Assembly (NCBI RefSeq): GCF_036321535.1
Contig: NC_087436.1
Span: 68,512,001-68,576,000 of the forward strand
DNA length: 64,000 nt
Reading direction: 5' to 3'
Source of the DNA: Camelus dromedarius
Lineage: Eukaryota
Below, piece after piece: positions 1 to 11,743 of the stretch; within the stretch, counting starts at the first letter, position 1; each line of letters begins with the position of its first letter. The notes beneath the pieces are model-generated. The model was not told where the DNA came from, made no database searches, and was given only the letters and a program-made list of their open reading frames with translations. Both the position numbers and the translations under genes were made by a program.

Positions 1-29
1 ACTGGATTATAAACCAAAGTATAAAAATA

Positions 30-1080
30 AAAAATTCTACCTCAAAAATTTTAAAAAAAGAACAAAATAAAACTAAACCAATGACAAGAATAGAAAAAAT
101 AAGAGCAGAAATCAATGAAAACAGGAACACAATACAGAAAACTACTGAAACAAGAAGCTAGCTCTTTTTAAAAAGTGAATAAAAATGATAAACCTCTAAC
201 AAAATTAGCAAAGATAAAAAGACAAGACACAAACCACCAATATCCGGAATAAAATGGTATATCACGACAGATCCTGCAGCCATTAAAAAAATAACAGGGT
301 AATACTGCTGCAACTTTAAGTTCATAAACTCAACAACTTAGAAGAAATGGATCAATTCTTCAAAAACCATAGACTATCAAAATTGTGCCAAGATTAAATA
401 AATAACCTAAACAGTCCTATATAACTATTAAAGAATTGAATTTGTAACTTAAAAGTTCTTGAAAAAGAAATCCCACAGACCAGATGATATCACTGAGAAA
501 CATTATACCAAAAATTTAAAGAATTAAAACCAATTTTATATAATCCCTTTCAGAAATTAGAAGGGGGAATAAAATCTAACTCATTTTATAAGGTTGATGA
601 GCATTACCTTAATACTAAAACCACACAAATAGAGCATAAGAAAGAAAACTACAAATCACTCTCTCTCATTAACTTAGATGAAAAAAATTCTCAACAAAAG
701 TTTAGCAAATTACATCTAACAATGTAAAAATTAGTAATACACCATAATTGATATTTATGGTCAACTACACTCAACAACAAAATACATATTTTTAAGTGCC
801 CATGAAATATTCATAAAGATAAAATAAACCTTCACAAATTTAAAAGAATTGAAATCACATAGCATATGCTATGCCATAAAGAAATCAAGAAATCACTAAG
901 GGAAAAACCTTAAACACTTTGATTAACACACTCCTAAATAATCAATGGGTTATAGAGAAAGTCTCAAAGGATTTTTAAAAAATACACAGAAATAAAAATG
1001 AACAGAACACACAACATATCAAAGTCTGTGGGATGCAGCTACAGCAGTAGGTAGGGAAATTTATGTCACTAAATGAATAT
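30..1080 (+). mobile_element. Degenerate LINE-1 ORF2 fragments
   Basis: A-rich L1 ORF2-like motifs (agagcagaaatcaatgaaa; acaacatatcaaagtctgtgggatgcagct); no intact reading frame. Confidence 0.8.
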
Positions 1081-1084
1081 ATTT

Positions 1085-2150
1085 CTCAAGCACAATGATT
1101 CTAAGGTTCTTCCATGTTGCAGCATACATCAGAATTTCATTCTTTCATGGCTGAATAATATTCCACTCCACACATGTACCACATTGCTTGTCCATTCACT
1201 GGTAAATGGTACACTTTGGTTGTTTCCACCTTTCAAGTATTGTGAATAATACTGTTACAAACACTAGGGTACAAGTGTCTGTTTGAGTCCCTATTTTCAA
1301 TTTTTTTGAATATACACCTAGAAGTAGAAATATTACTTCATATTTAGTTTCCTGAGGAACCACCAAACTGTTTCCACTGTGGCTGCACATTCAGCAATGC
1401 ACAATTTATTCACATCCTTGTCAACATTTGTTATTTTCATTTTTAAAAAAAATAACAGCCATCCTAATATGTACAAAGCATTATCTCACCGGGGTTTTGA
1501 TTTGCACTTCTCTTGCACTCTCTCTGTTGACTAATATGCTAAACAACTCTTCATGCAGTTGCTAACCACTTGTCAGTCACATAGCAAGTCAAAATGCTGA
1601 GACACCGAGTTTTGCAGCAAAGAGATTTACTAACAAGACAGCCAAGCTGGGAGACTAAAGTGTGGGAGCTTGGGGAAAGGTAATTAAAAAGAAGTTGCAA
1701 TAATCGTCATTCTGCGCAGGACTCTAATAAACGGTCAAATGGTCACCAAGTGGACCTTCAAGCCCATCCAGCTGAAGGGCCAGTGGTCCTATATAGTCTT
1801 AACCAGCTCAGCTCAAACTAAATGCAGCTGATCTCACCTTCCTAAAAAACAACTCAGGCAAACATCTTGTTATTCAGGCTACATGTCACTTGGAGGACTT
1901 AAATGACCTCAATTAGTCAATGCAAATAAAATGGATTTAACCCACTGTTTCACATTCATTGGCCAATTGGAGAAATGTCTATTCAAGTCCTTTGTCCCCT
2001 TTTTAACTGGGTTGTTTACTTTTGTTGTTGTTGAATTGCCGGAATTTTTTATATATTCTGGATATAAAGCTCTTATTAGGTATACTATATGCAAATATTT
2101 TCCCCCATTCTGTGGGTTATCCTTTCATGCTATTGATAGTGCCCTTCATA
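1085..2150 (-). mobile_element. LINE-1 3' region, antisense, interrupted by an LTR-like insert
   Basis: ggctgaataatattccact, gtttccactgtggctgcac and ggagaaatgtctattcaagtcc are typical antisense L1 text. Confidence 0.8.
1571..1960 (-). mobile_element. ERV1-class solo-LTR-like insert nested in the L1
   Basis: About 390-bp non-L1 block splitting colinear L1 sequence; gctgagacaccgagttttgcagcaaagagattt...cagccaagc resembles ERV1 LTRs. Confidence 0.5.
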
Positions 2151-3205
2151 CACTTTTGAAGGACATAAATACCTATGTATATGTTCTTATGTAGAAAACT
2201 TAAATAACACAAAAAGATCAATTTTCACAAAATTACTATACAAATTAAATGTAATTTTTTAGTTAAAAACCCAATAAAATTTTATCAGAAATTAGATAAA
2301 ACTGAAAGTTTATAAGAAGAAAAAAGGTCTGAGAATGAAAGAATAGTGAATATCAATACCTTTATATCAGCACATATTATAAAACTACTAGTAAAGCAGT
2401 ACTGTGTTGACATCAAGAATAAAGAAATAAAACAAAATTCGAAAGTATATTGAATGATATGTGAGATTTAATACATGATGAAAGTAGCACATTCAAAGAG
2501 AATGAATTATTTAATTAATAAATAGACCTGGCACAACTGACCACCTGGGAAAAAAATTAAATTATAATATTATGTCACATTATATACCAAAACACATTCC
2601 AGATGGATTAAAAATTTAAATTAAAAAGAAAAAAAGATGTTAAGATGAAAATCTAAGATATTACATATACACTTAGGATAAAAAAGATCTTTTAACCAAA
2701 ACAGTAAACTCAAAAGCTGTAAAAGAAAAAAGCCACATATTTGACAATTAAAGTAAACTTATAAAAAGGTGTTCAAACTCAGTTATAATCACAGAAACAG
2801 ACACTAAAGTAACAATGAGATCATTTAATACTGATCAAACTGGCAAAAAAGTAGAATCATAAATAGCCTAGTAGGTAAGATTCTTACACTGCTGATATAA
2901 AAGAAAATTGGGAAAGCCTCTTCTGAAAGCGTGCACATGTACATACACATTTATATTTATTTATATATATATATGTTTTCACTCAGGAGAACCAATGAAG
3001 ATATGGAAGGATTCAAAAGCTATCTCAGCAGGATGAGGACAGTAACGATAAGTATCTTTTTCTTTTAAATCTTTGACTCTTACCTCAAATGAAGGACTTT
3101 TCTAATTTGAAAAAAATGCAAATAAAACTTTAAAAAGGAGCAGCACATATAACTGACTAAAAGAAACTGAACAAAATGGAGAAGAGAGAAAAAGAATACT
3201 GACCA

Positions 3206-3742
3206 CATATATGCAACTATCAAATCATTTATGTTGTATTACTGAAACTAATATAATGTTATATCAATTATACCTCAGTTAAAAAAAAACAAAAAACTGC
3301 TCAAGAAGCCACTGGAGAGGCCCACCTGGGAGGGAAGAAAGGCTTCCTGCCAGCAACCAGCCCCACATGAGTGAGACATCCTGGAAATATAGCCTTAGGC
3401 CCAGTCAAGCCTTCGGATGACTGCAACCCTGGCCAACATCTTGACTACCACCTCTTAAGAGATTACAAGCCAGAACCATCTAACTAAAGCTGCTTCTAAA
3501 TTCCTGACCCACAGAAACTGTGTGAGACAATAAATATTTATTGTTGTTCTGGAAAAAAAAAAAAAAAAACAGAAAAAAGAAATCTATTTTAAAACTCTTG
3601 AAGTTATGATCTCTGTAATAATTATTAGTTAATGTCTCTCACTACATCCTAATAAGCAACATTCCTACCACTAAAACAAAGAAAGAGATAATAGATAAAA
3701 CTTATTTCTCATGTCTAAAAAAACAAAAAAAAACAAAAAAAA
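3206..3742 (+). mobile_element. Composite retroposed insertion: L1 3' end + MLT1 LTR fragment + unique segment, with three A-tails
   Basis: Flanked by 15/17-identical direct repeats (3189-3205 and 3735-3751); see findings. Confidence 0.75.
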
Positions 3743-3907
3743 CACTGACCATGGATGTGAAAGGGAATCAAAAATAACTTCATCCATTCACAATTCTGCC
3801 CAGGCTGACCCTGACCTTGTCATTTAAGCGAGCATACATGTTACCTTCAGCATTTCTACCTTTCTAAATATATGTAGGCAAATATCACCCATGGAGGTGC
3901 TACAAAC

Positions 3908-4007
3908 CTGATTTGTTGACAACTTCACTTGGTTCTATAATTAACTGTAGGGAAGCTTCATTCTTTCTTGAAGAAACTGGGTCTGACTTTGAATGTGATT
4001 TCTGGCA
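3908..4007 (-). CDS. CENPC: CENP-C coding exon 5 (CQKSHSKSDPVSSRKNEASLQLIIEPSEVVNKS); gene continues left of the window
   Basis: actcag|TGC CAG...TCA G|gtttgt, 100 nt; matches recalled human CQKSHPKSVPVSSKKKEASLQFVVEPSEATNRS. An alternative acceptor would extend the exon to 4013. Confidence 0.9.
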
Positions 4008-4471
4008 CTGAGTCTAAAAAGAGATACAACATTAGATCTGCTCTATTAAATTACCAATTCTGATAAAACACATTTGCTTTTAAACTGAAAAAAAACAGTA
4101 TTTAAAAACAACAGATCAGCTGTTAAAGATGCAAGCTTAAATAACTACTTAGAAAACAATTTCACATTGTTTAGTAACACTGAAATTTCATATAAGCTAT
4201 CATAAAAACATTATTCTAATAGCTTTTAAAAACCTATTCTGACAGAAGATTGGATAAATTATGATATAGTCATATAACATAAAATTACAAATACAACAGT
4301 GAAATGAATAAACTACAGCAATATGAATGATTTAGCTAAACAACAAACAAGTTGCAGAAGTATATAATCTCATTTATGTAAAGCTCAGAACAGACACAAA
4401 AACATGAAAAACTATATATATACACACATATATAGTATTTAGAGATTCATTCTATGCAGAAGAAGTGTCAA

Positions 4472-5002
4472 TGTAGCAGGCCTGATCACTTAAAAACCTG
4501 CTTACAGGACTAGTCTTTGGCTGGCACCTAGGGACCTGGCTTTCAAAATATTTCCTCCATTACCAACTGGTAAGGTTGTACCTGCTATGCCAGCCTGTCT
4601 GTATAAACAATGTGATTTATGGTAAACACCTGCTTTTTTTTCCCCTCAGGGAATACAGAACTTTGGTGAGCAGAGGGTTATATTTAACCAGCCCCCAATA
4701 AAATGGGCCAAGTCTCAAAAGGCTTCCCAGAGTAGAAAGACTGTACATGTTTTATGGCATTTCACTGGTGGATGCAATGAGTGTATTCTTTGTGGCCCCT
4801 CTAGAGAACATAGGAAGCCTGGTATGGATTCCTCCAGACTCTGCCTGATGCATCTTTTTCTCTAACTGAAGTGGCTTTGTATCCTGACTGTATGCCTATA
4901 ATACATCTTAGTCATGAGTACACCTAACTACATGCAGAGACTCATGAGTCCTATCTAGTGAAGCACACAACATGTGGATGGATGGCAGTAGGACCTCTGT
5001 CA
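4472..5002 (+). mobile_element. ERVL-class solo LTR (MER77/MER68-like) inserted in an old L1 3' end
   Basis: Starts tgtagcaggcctga; contains aaacaatgtgatttatggtaaacacctgc and accagcccccaataaaa; ends in ...tgtca. Confidence 0.65.
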
Positions 5003-7084
5003 TAAGTAGTGGAAGAAATGCTGACATAAATGTCAGCACACATCCATATGTGGTAAAACTATAAAACAAAGGATGAGAATGATGAACATGAAATTTAAGA
5101 CAGTGGTTACCTCTACACAGGGAGGAGAGGCAAAAGAATAGGATCAAAAAGGGGCACATAGATGCTTCAAAGGTTTTGGTTATTTTTTACACTGAGGAAT
5201 GGTCACATGGGTTTTCATTTGTTATTTTTAATACCTTATGTACATATATTTTTTCTTTTGAAAATCTGAAATACATAGTTATAAATTTTAAAAATATAGA
5301 AAAGAGAAATCTCAATACACAGCAGGCAGGAAAAAAAAACAAGTGAACAATTTTGCAGAAAAAATTGACAATATTTAACAAGTGCAGTTCAAATGTGCAT
5401 ATCCTAGAGAAATTCAGTTTACAACATGTATACAAGGAGGTATAAACAAAAGTGTTCACTATATCACTGTGATATAGAGGGAAAACAACTTAAAAATCTG
5501 CCAACAGGGGAATACATAAATAATGGAGCCACTACACTGCTAGCAGTGGATACACTATGGAACTCAATGACAAAAGTAACAAAAGTAAGTTTTCACAATA
5601 TTCTGCTCCTTCCTGAGACATCACTAAGGATTTTTTAACATGTGTAAACCCAGAAGGATGAAGAGAAAAAAAAGTGTAGATGAGAGATGTCAATAAACTT
5701 TTTGAGGTTGGAAAGCAGATCAGCAGCAACTAACCAGCCCAGAAAGAGCAGAAATATGCTAGCAATGGAGAAAGCCCAGAAGCACACAGATTTATGTTTA
5801 TGGAAAAAACCCGTAAGATCAAGGTACAAGGCACCTCTAAAAGAGGGGGTCCAGGTATGGCCTGCAAAGAGAAGAGTTGTTAAAAATATGTATACGAAGC
5901 AGTCAGTCACGGAGTCCCTCCTCTCCCAACTCTAACAGAAGATTAGATGTTTACTGTCTTGAGTTTCAAATCAGAGAGACTCTGAGCTCAGTGACATGAG
6001 ACACAGTTGAAGATAAGAACACACTGAAAACAGAGATATTAAGTGGAAGTATTCAAATTGCACCTCTTTCCTCTTGCCCCATCTGGCTGAGAACACCTGT
6101 AGTTAGAATCAGATCCCCCAAGCAGGAGAGATTTTTTTGTCAGAGAAACTTATCAAGCCAAAAGAAAAAAAAACCTATAGATATTAGCATCTGGACATCC
6201 ACAATGACATGATCCAGACAGATCACACCACAGCAAAATCTACCAATGTAAAATTCTAACTATGAAAGTAGAGTTTCCAATCACCATTTTAGTTTTACAC
6301 TCTTAAAAGTGAGGAGACCACTAAGGATCACTGTACATCTGACCAAAGGCTCTAGTGTAAAAGGCAATGAGCAAAGTAAGCAAAAAAGTTACCTGCAGGA
6401 AATAGAACTGTACCAAAAAATCCTAATACAAAAAGTTAGAAGAACCTAACAACAAGAAATATCATGAAATTTCAGATCACTAAAGACAGATGAAAAGATT
6501 CTAAAAGCTTATAAATGTGAAAAAATAGTGACTCACAAAGGATCAAGGAGTCAAAACAGCATTCTCAACAACACGAGAAGCTTTATTAAAAAAAAAAGAG
6601 CACGTCTTTAAGGAATCTGACGGAAAATCATTTCCAACCTAGAATTTTATACCTGTAATTATCCATCATGAGGGTAAAGTTATGCTATTTTCAAACATTT
6701 AAGGTCTTAAATTCTCAGGAAGCTACTAAAGGATCAGTCCACCAAACAAAAAAAAGAAAAGATTTGGGATCCAAGAAATATGAGCTGCAGTACAGGAGAA
6801 AAGACAAGGAACTTCCCTGGATGATAAAGGGAAGTCACACAGCAACACCTATGTGACAAGCCTATGGGTGGACAGAAGCAAAAATCAGAGTAGAGAAATC
6901 TACAAAGGATATCTCCAGAAAAAAATTGAAAATGATAAATTACTTGATGGGTCTACATACACTGAGAATACATTCACCATTCTGTCAGAAAAACTGGTGA
7001 CAAATTAGTCAGAGGTGCACAGAAAATCAACAAATTTTAAAACCATGATAATTAAATCGAGAAAACTAAGAGATAAGGGAGTGG

Positions 7085-7552
7085 CTAAGCAAACTGTGGT
7101 GTATCTATATCATGAGATACCACTTAGCAATAAAAAGAAATGAATTATTGATATACACAAAATCCTGGATGAATCACCAAAGAATTATACTAAGTGAAAA
7201 AGACAAGTCCAAAAAGTTATATACTATATGACTCCATTTAAATAACATTCTTGAAATAACAAAATTGTAGAAATGGAGAACAGATTAGGGGTTTCAGGAG
7301 CTGAGTGGGTGAGGGTGAGAGAGAAGTAAGTACTGCTATAAAAGGATAAAAGGGATCCTGTAGTGGTGGAATTGTTCTATATCCTGTCTGCATCAGTGTC
7401 AGTACGCTACTTGTGATGTTGTACTATAGTTTTTGCAAGAAGGTACCTTTACAGGAAACTAGGTAAAGCCTACAGGGTCTTCCAGTCTACTATTTCTTAT
7501 AGCTGCTTGTAAATCTACAATTATCTCAAAGCAAAAGGTTTTATTTAAAAAA
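7085..7552 (+). mobile_element. L1M (L1MB/L1MC-like) 3' UTR
   Basis: aaactgtggtgtatc...gcaataaaaagaaatgaattattgatata...tgtaaatctacaattatctcaaa plus A-rich end. Confidence 0.75.
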
Positions 7553-8669
7553 AGTAGAAGTGCCCAATAATATCTTTCTATATAGTAGGTTCTCCTTTTC
7601 TACTTTTAAGCAGACTGGATTGAAATGATTAGGTCCTCACTCTCAAGGATTGAGCTGGATCTGACATAAAATTTTAGTAAGACCCAGGCCACTTGTAACC
7701 TGCCCTGTGTCCTTCAGAATGAGTTCTTCTGGGTGACTGAGAACCTGGTGAGCCTGTTTAGCCCTTAAAGATTGCAATGTATTCAGTTCAGTCCTTTGGA
7801 GGTTTTTGTTTAACATGTTTTTAGCCTCTGTCCCAGACTGCTTCAAAATGTGGCAAATGTCTATTTGTAGTGGGCTCCTTTCCTGCAACAGGATTTTGCC
7901 TTGTTAGCATACCAAGACTACATGTTTCACTCTACCTTTCCGGCCCAAGGTTCCTGACTACCTCAGAACTTACAAATGTTCTTTAAGGAAAAGTGACTAT
8001 CCACCTGGGGTGCCTCCAGGATTTCAATTTGTCATGCCATCCCTGTACTAGTAACAAAAGCCCTACTTTCCCACAGTAGACTCCCTCTGCCTGGGCCAAT
8101 CCAAAACCCTCAGCTTTTGCCCAAAATTAGTAAATACTCTCAGGGAAGAAAATGATTAACAACATCAACTCATCTTCTAAGGATTCTTCTCTCTTTGGAA
8201 TTTTAGTTCAACTAGCCCTTATTGCTTCCACAACTCCCAATGTCTCTAAAAATATTATGTTTGCATTTCATTCTCTTTTTTAACTAGCAATTGCACCAAG
8301 GGTGTTGACCTACTGCAATCTTGCAATCTATTACATCCCACCTAAAAGTGGAACCTCTAGCATAACCTTGATACCTTGATACCAAAGCCCTACAAGAACA
8401 TTTTGAGAAAAAAGACAATATTGTTCATGAACATAGATGCAAGCATCTTAAATATTAGCAAACCAAATCAAATAAGGTTATTACTTTATGACCAAGTCAT
8501 GATTATCCCAGGAAATTTAGCTGATTTAACTTTCAAAAATCAATTTATCACATTAAAGGTCTCTCAATTCTGACAGGATGGATCTGTCTTCATTCCTTGT
8601 AACCAAAAGGCTATATATGTTTAATTATTTGTTTACACAAGTTTTTAATGAATGTTATTTCCAGCACTA

Positions 8670-9172
8670 GAGGCATACCTGGGAGATACTGTGAGTTCAG
8701 TTCCAGACCACCTCAATAAAATGAGTATTGCAATAAAGCAAGTCACATGAATTTTTTAATTTCCCAGTGCATACAAAAGTTATGTTTACACTATACTGTA
8801 GTATATTAATATTAATATACCATATTATCTAAAAAAGCAATAGCATTGTCTAAAAAAAGTACATACCTTAATTTTAAAATATTTATTGCTAAAAAATGCT
8901 GATCATCTAAGCCTTCTAAATATCAATTTTTTGCAACAGTAACATCAAAGATCGCTGATCACAAATCATCATTAACAAATATGATTATAATGACAACATC
9001 TGAAATATTGTGAGAATTACCAAAATATGACAAAGAGACACGAAGTGAGCAAATACTGTCAGAAAAATGGTACTGACAGACTTGCTTGACATAGGGTTGC
9101 CACTAACCTCCAATTTGTAAATAATGCACTATCTGTGAAGGGCAATAAAGCAAATAAAACAAGGTTTGTCTA
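8670..9172. mobile_element. Internally deleted Tigger1-derived DNA transposon (Tigger1a-like)
   Basis: Both Tigger1 termini (aggcatacctgggagatactg...; ...aataaaacaaggtttgtct) within about 500 bp, with TA at both flanks. Confidence 0.85.
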
Positions 9173-9580
9173 TATCCAATTCTTCTCTCCAATTAGTGTT
9201 GTTCTTTTGAATAACTGGTCTTCAATTATAAGCTTCAAAAACTCTATTCCAAAGTGCTATTTTACAGAGTTACGTCAACCTATCCTCTTAAGATATATAT
9301 AATCAATAAAAGATTGAGTCCCCTGTATAGCAATAAATTGCCTTCCGTTTTCAGAAAACAACCAAACTTGACAACCTGGATTAGGAACTTTAATAGTTGC
9401 CCACTTTCCTAAAAACCTAATTTAAGCATTATTTTAGGAAGAGTGAAAAGTGATTGTATTACATTTGATAATTCTAACTCCCAGACCTCCAATTTCAAAC
9501 ACAGGAAATGTCAGGCCAAAATTTTCAAAAAATACCTCTACATTTTATATAAACTCAATGGGAATATAGGATTTCCTTTT

Positions 9581-9607
9581 AAGAATAAGAATAAGAATAA
9601 GAATAAG
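9581..9607. repeat. (AAGAAT)n microsatellite
   Basis: About 4.5 perfect units seen directly. Confidence 0.85.
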
Positions 9608-9699
9608 ACAAACAACCAAAATGTATCTAACTATATATATTGTGTACTGCTTCATTCATTAAAATATTAAACCTATACCAGTTCTCTTTTTTCACTTAC

Positions 9700-9794
9700 C
9701 TCTTTGCTTGGTGACTGAATACAAATGTCTTTTATTTTAGGTGTTGAATAAAGCACTGATTTTGTAGAATTTGTGCTAAAATCATTGGCAAGAC
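9700..9794 (-). CDS. CENPC: CENP-C coding exon 4 (LANDFSTNSTKSVLYSTPKIKDICIQSPSKE)
   Basis: ttttag|GT CTT GCC...AAA GAG|gtaagt, 95 nt; matches recalled human LANDFSTNSTKSVPNSTRKIKDTCIQSPSKE. Confidence 0.95.
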
Positions 9795-10479
9795 CTAAAA
9801 AAAGTTAAAAATTTTTAAAAACAAAATATGTATAAAATCTTTCGGTTACAATTAAAAGAAGTCTGAAGAATTCTGTTGATTCTTTTAAATGCAATTAGTT
9901 TAACTGAAGTACAGGCATCAATTCGATAGTCAAAAGTCAAAATTCGATAGTTCCTAAAAGGCATCTGGAACTAAAAAAGACAAACAAGGTTCCTGGAAAA
10001 ACATGTGCCAGTTCTTCTTTCAGAGCTTATAAAAAGATGCATCTGTTTTTCTCTGGTTGGCCTATTCTTTTATTCCAATACCTTCTAATGCTGACCCACA
10101 CTTGGAAAAGTTTTTGCCATAATTCATCTTTTCTTTAGGAAATCACCAAACAGTATCTCAAGCTCTCCAGTGAGCCCAAGAATTCTGCACATTTATTTCC
10201 ATTACATGAAATACTTTCTCCTGTGTATGATAATTAAATTTATGACTTCTAGACTATAGGAATCTAGTACGACTGAAGGGAATAATAAATTATTCTCATT
10301 TTTGCCAGTATTGTCTTCAGTGGACCAGAAGGTACAAGAACTGTACGTGTACTCAAAATTCCTAGGAAAATATTTTACATATATTTAAATACTATAGTTG
10401 CTGAATTTGATATTAATAGGAAAAATTTATATTTTCATCCAACCCAACCCTCAAAGTCCATGTAGAAATGAAACCTTAC

Positions 10480-10550
10480 TTTTTTCTTCAAAACAGTCTA
10501 GTAAGGTTTTCAGTATATTCTGGCCTTGCTCCGTATTAATGTCAGGTGCC
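10480..10550 (-). CDS. CENPC: CENP-C coding exon 3 (APDINTEQGQNILKTLLDCFEEK-S)
   Basis: ttttag|G GCA CCT...AAA A|gtaagg, 71 nt, phase 2 to phase 1; matches recalled human ARDINTEQGQNVLEILQDCFEEKS. Confidence 0.95.
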
Positions 10551-11009
10551 CTAAAAAAAGCAGGAAAGAAGGGAAAATGTCAACGTATCATTTCCAAAAG
10601 ATATTTGCTACCTATTAACATCTACTTTGACAATCCCTTATCTGCTTACTATAAAATGTTAATTTACTTAATAGGAAAAATATCACCATTACTATCTGAG
10701 GACAAAACAAGTATTTGGGAGTCCAAGAGTTCCTAGAAAAGGATGTTTAGTAATACATCATTGTCTACATTAACAATAAAATTACTTGACTGAATAGCCA
10801 TGACTAAAGCTGTTTTAGACCACTGCTATACCTAAACAAGAACATAAACTCTTTTGAGCAAATTCAAACAACCCTGAAATGCTTCTTTAATTCTCTATGG
10901 TCAGAAGTCCTAACAGCTCCAAGTAACACAGTTTTCCCCACAAGATTTCAAATGCACTTTTGATTCAGTATCTTTACTCTTAACAGGAGCTTATGAATCA
11001 GTATACATT

Positions 11010-11365
11010 TTTACTTAGAAGTTGTATTGACACAATTGTAGATTCAAGTACAATTGTAAGAAATAACATAGAAGAGATCCCTCTTTGACTTTATCCAGTT
11101 TCCTGCAAAGGTAACATTTTACAAAACTATAGTTTACTGTCACAATCAGGATACTGATATTGATAGAATCTACCAATTTTATTTAGATTTCTCCAGTTCT
11201 ACATGTACTCATTTGTGTGTTTATGTTTGTGTGTGTATTTAGTTCTGTGTAGTTTATCACATTTGAAGGTTCAGATATGGCCACCACAGTTAAGATACTG
11301 AGCAGTTCCATCACCACAAAGATCCTTCTATTGCCCTTTTAGAACCACATCCACCTTTTCTTTTA
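11010..11365 (-). mobile_element. L1 3' end, antisense (old L1M subfamily)
   Basis: caattgtaagaaataacatagaagagatccc...ggtaacattttacaaaactatag...ttccatcaccacaaagatcc. Confidence 0.7.
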
Positions 11366-11696
11366 GCTCCATGGAATAAACTACATCTTTCTATTATTAC
11401 CATTCAATCGACTTTAGAGTGTTTCCCCATAGCTGTCATTTAGTCAGAACTGAAACTGCTTCTTCCTGGTCCACCATTTAACAGGTGAATTTCTTTTCTC
11501 ACTTCCATTAAGTCACTGCACTGCTTGCATTAATAGTCTTCTGTTAATATAAAATAACTAAGATGACTACACAATCAGTGGGCATAGAAATTATTATTTT
11601 AGTTAGAGATAACAGTTTTTCCTTTCTTCATTTAAAAATTCTACTTTCTGAAGATGGCAATAAAAATCATCTTAAAAGCTTAAGTATATAAATCAC

Positions 11697-11743
11697 CTGG
11701 AAGATCGGCAGAATCTTCTCCTATAGTCATTTTTAAGATGATC
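11697..11743 (-). CDS. CENPC: CENP-C coding exon 2 (DHLKNDYRRRFCRSS-R), part of the MIS12-binding motif
   Basis: ctttcag|GATCAT...TCCAG|gtgatt, 47 nt; matches recalled human DHLKNGYRRRFCRPSR. Confidence 0.95.

Noticed and set aside
9920..9952. Short direct repeat aattcgatagt x2
   Set aside because: Small local slippage duplication in an intron; only two copies and no spacer array.
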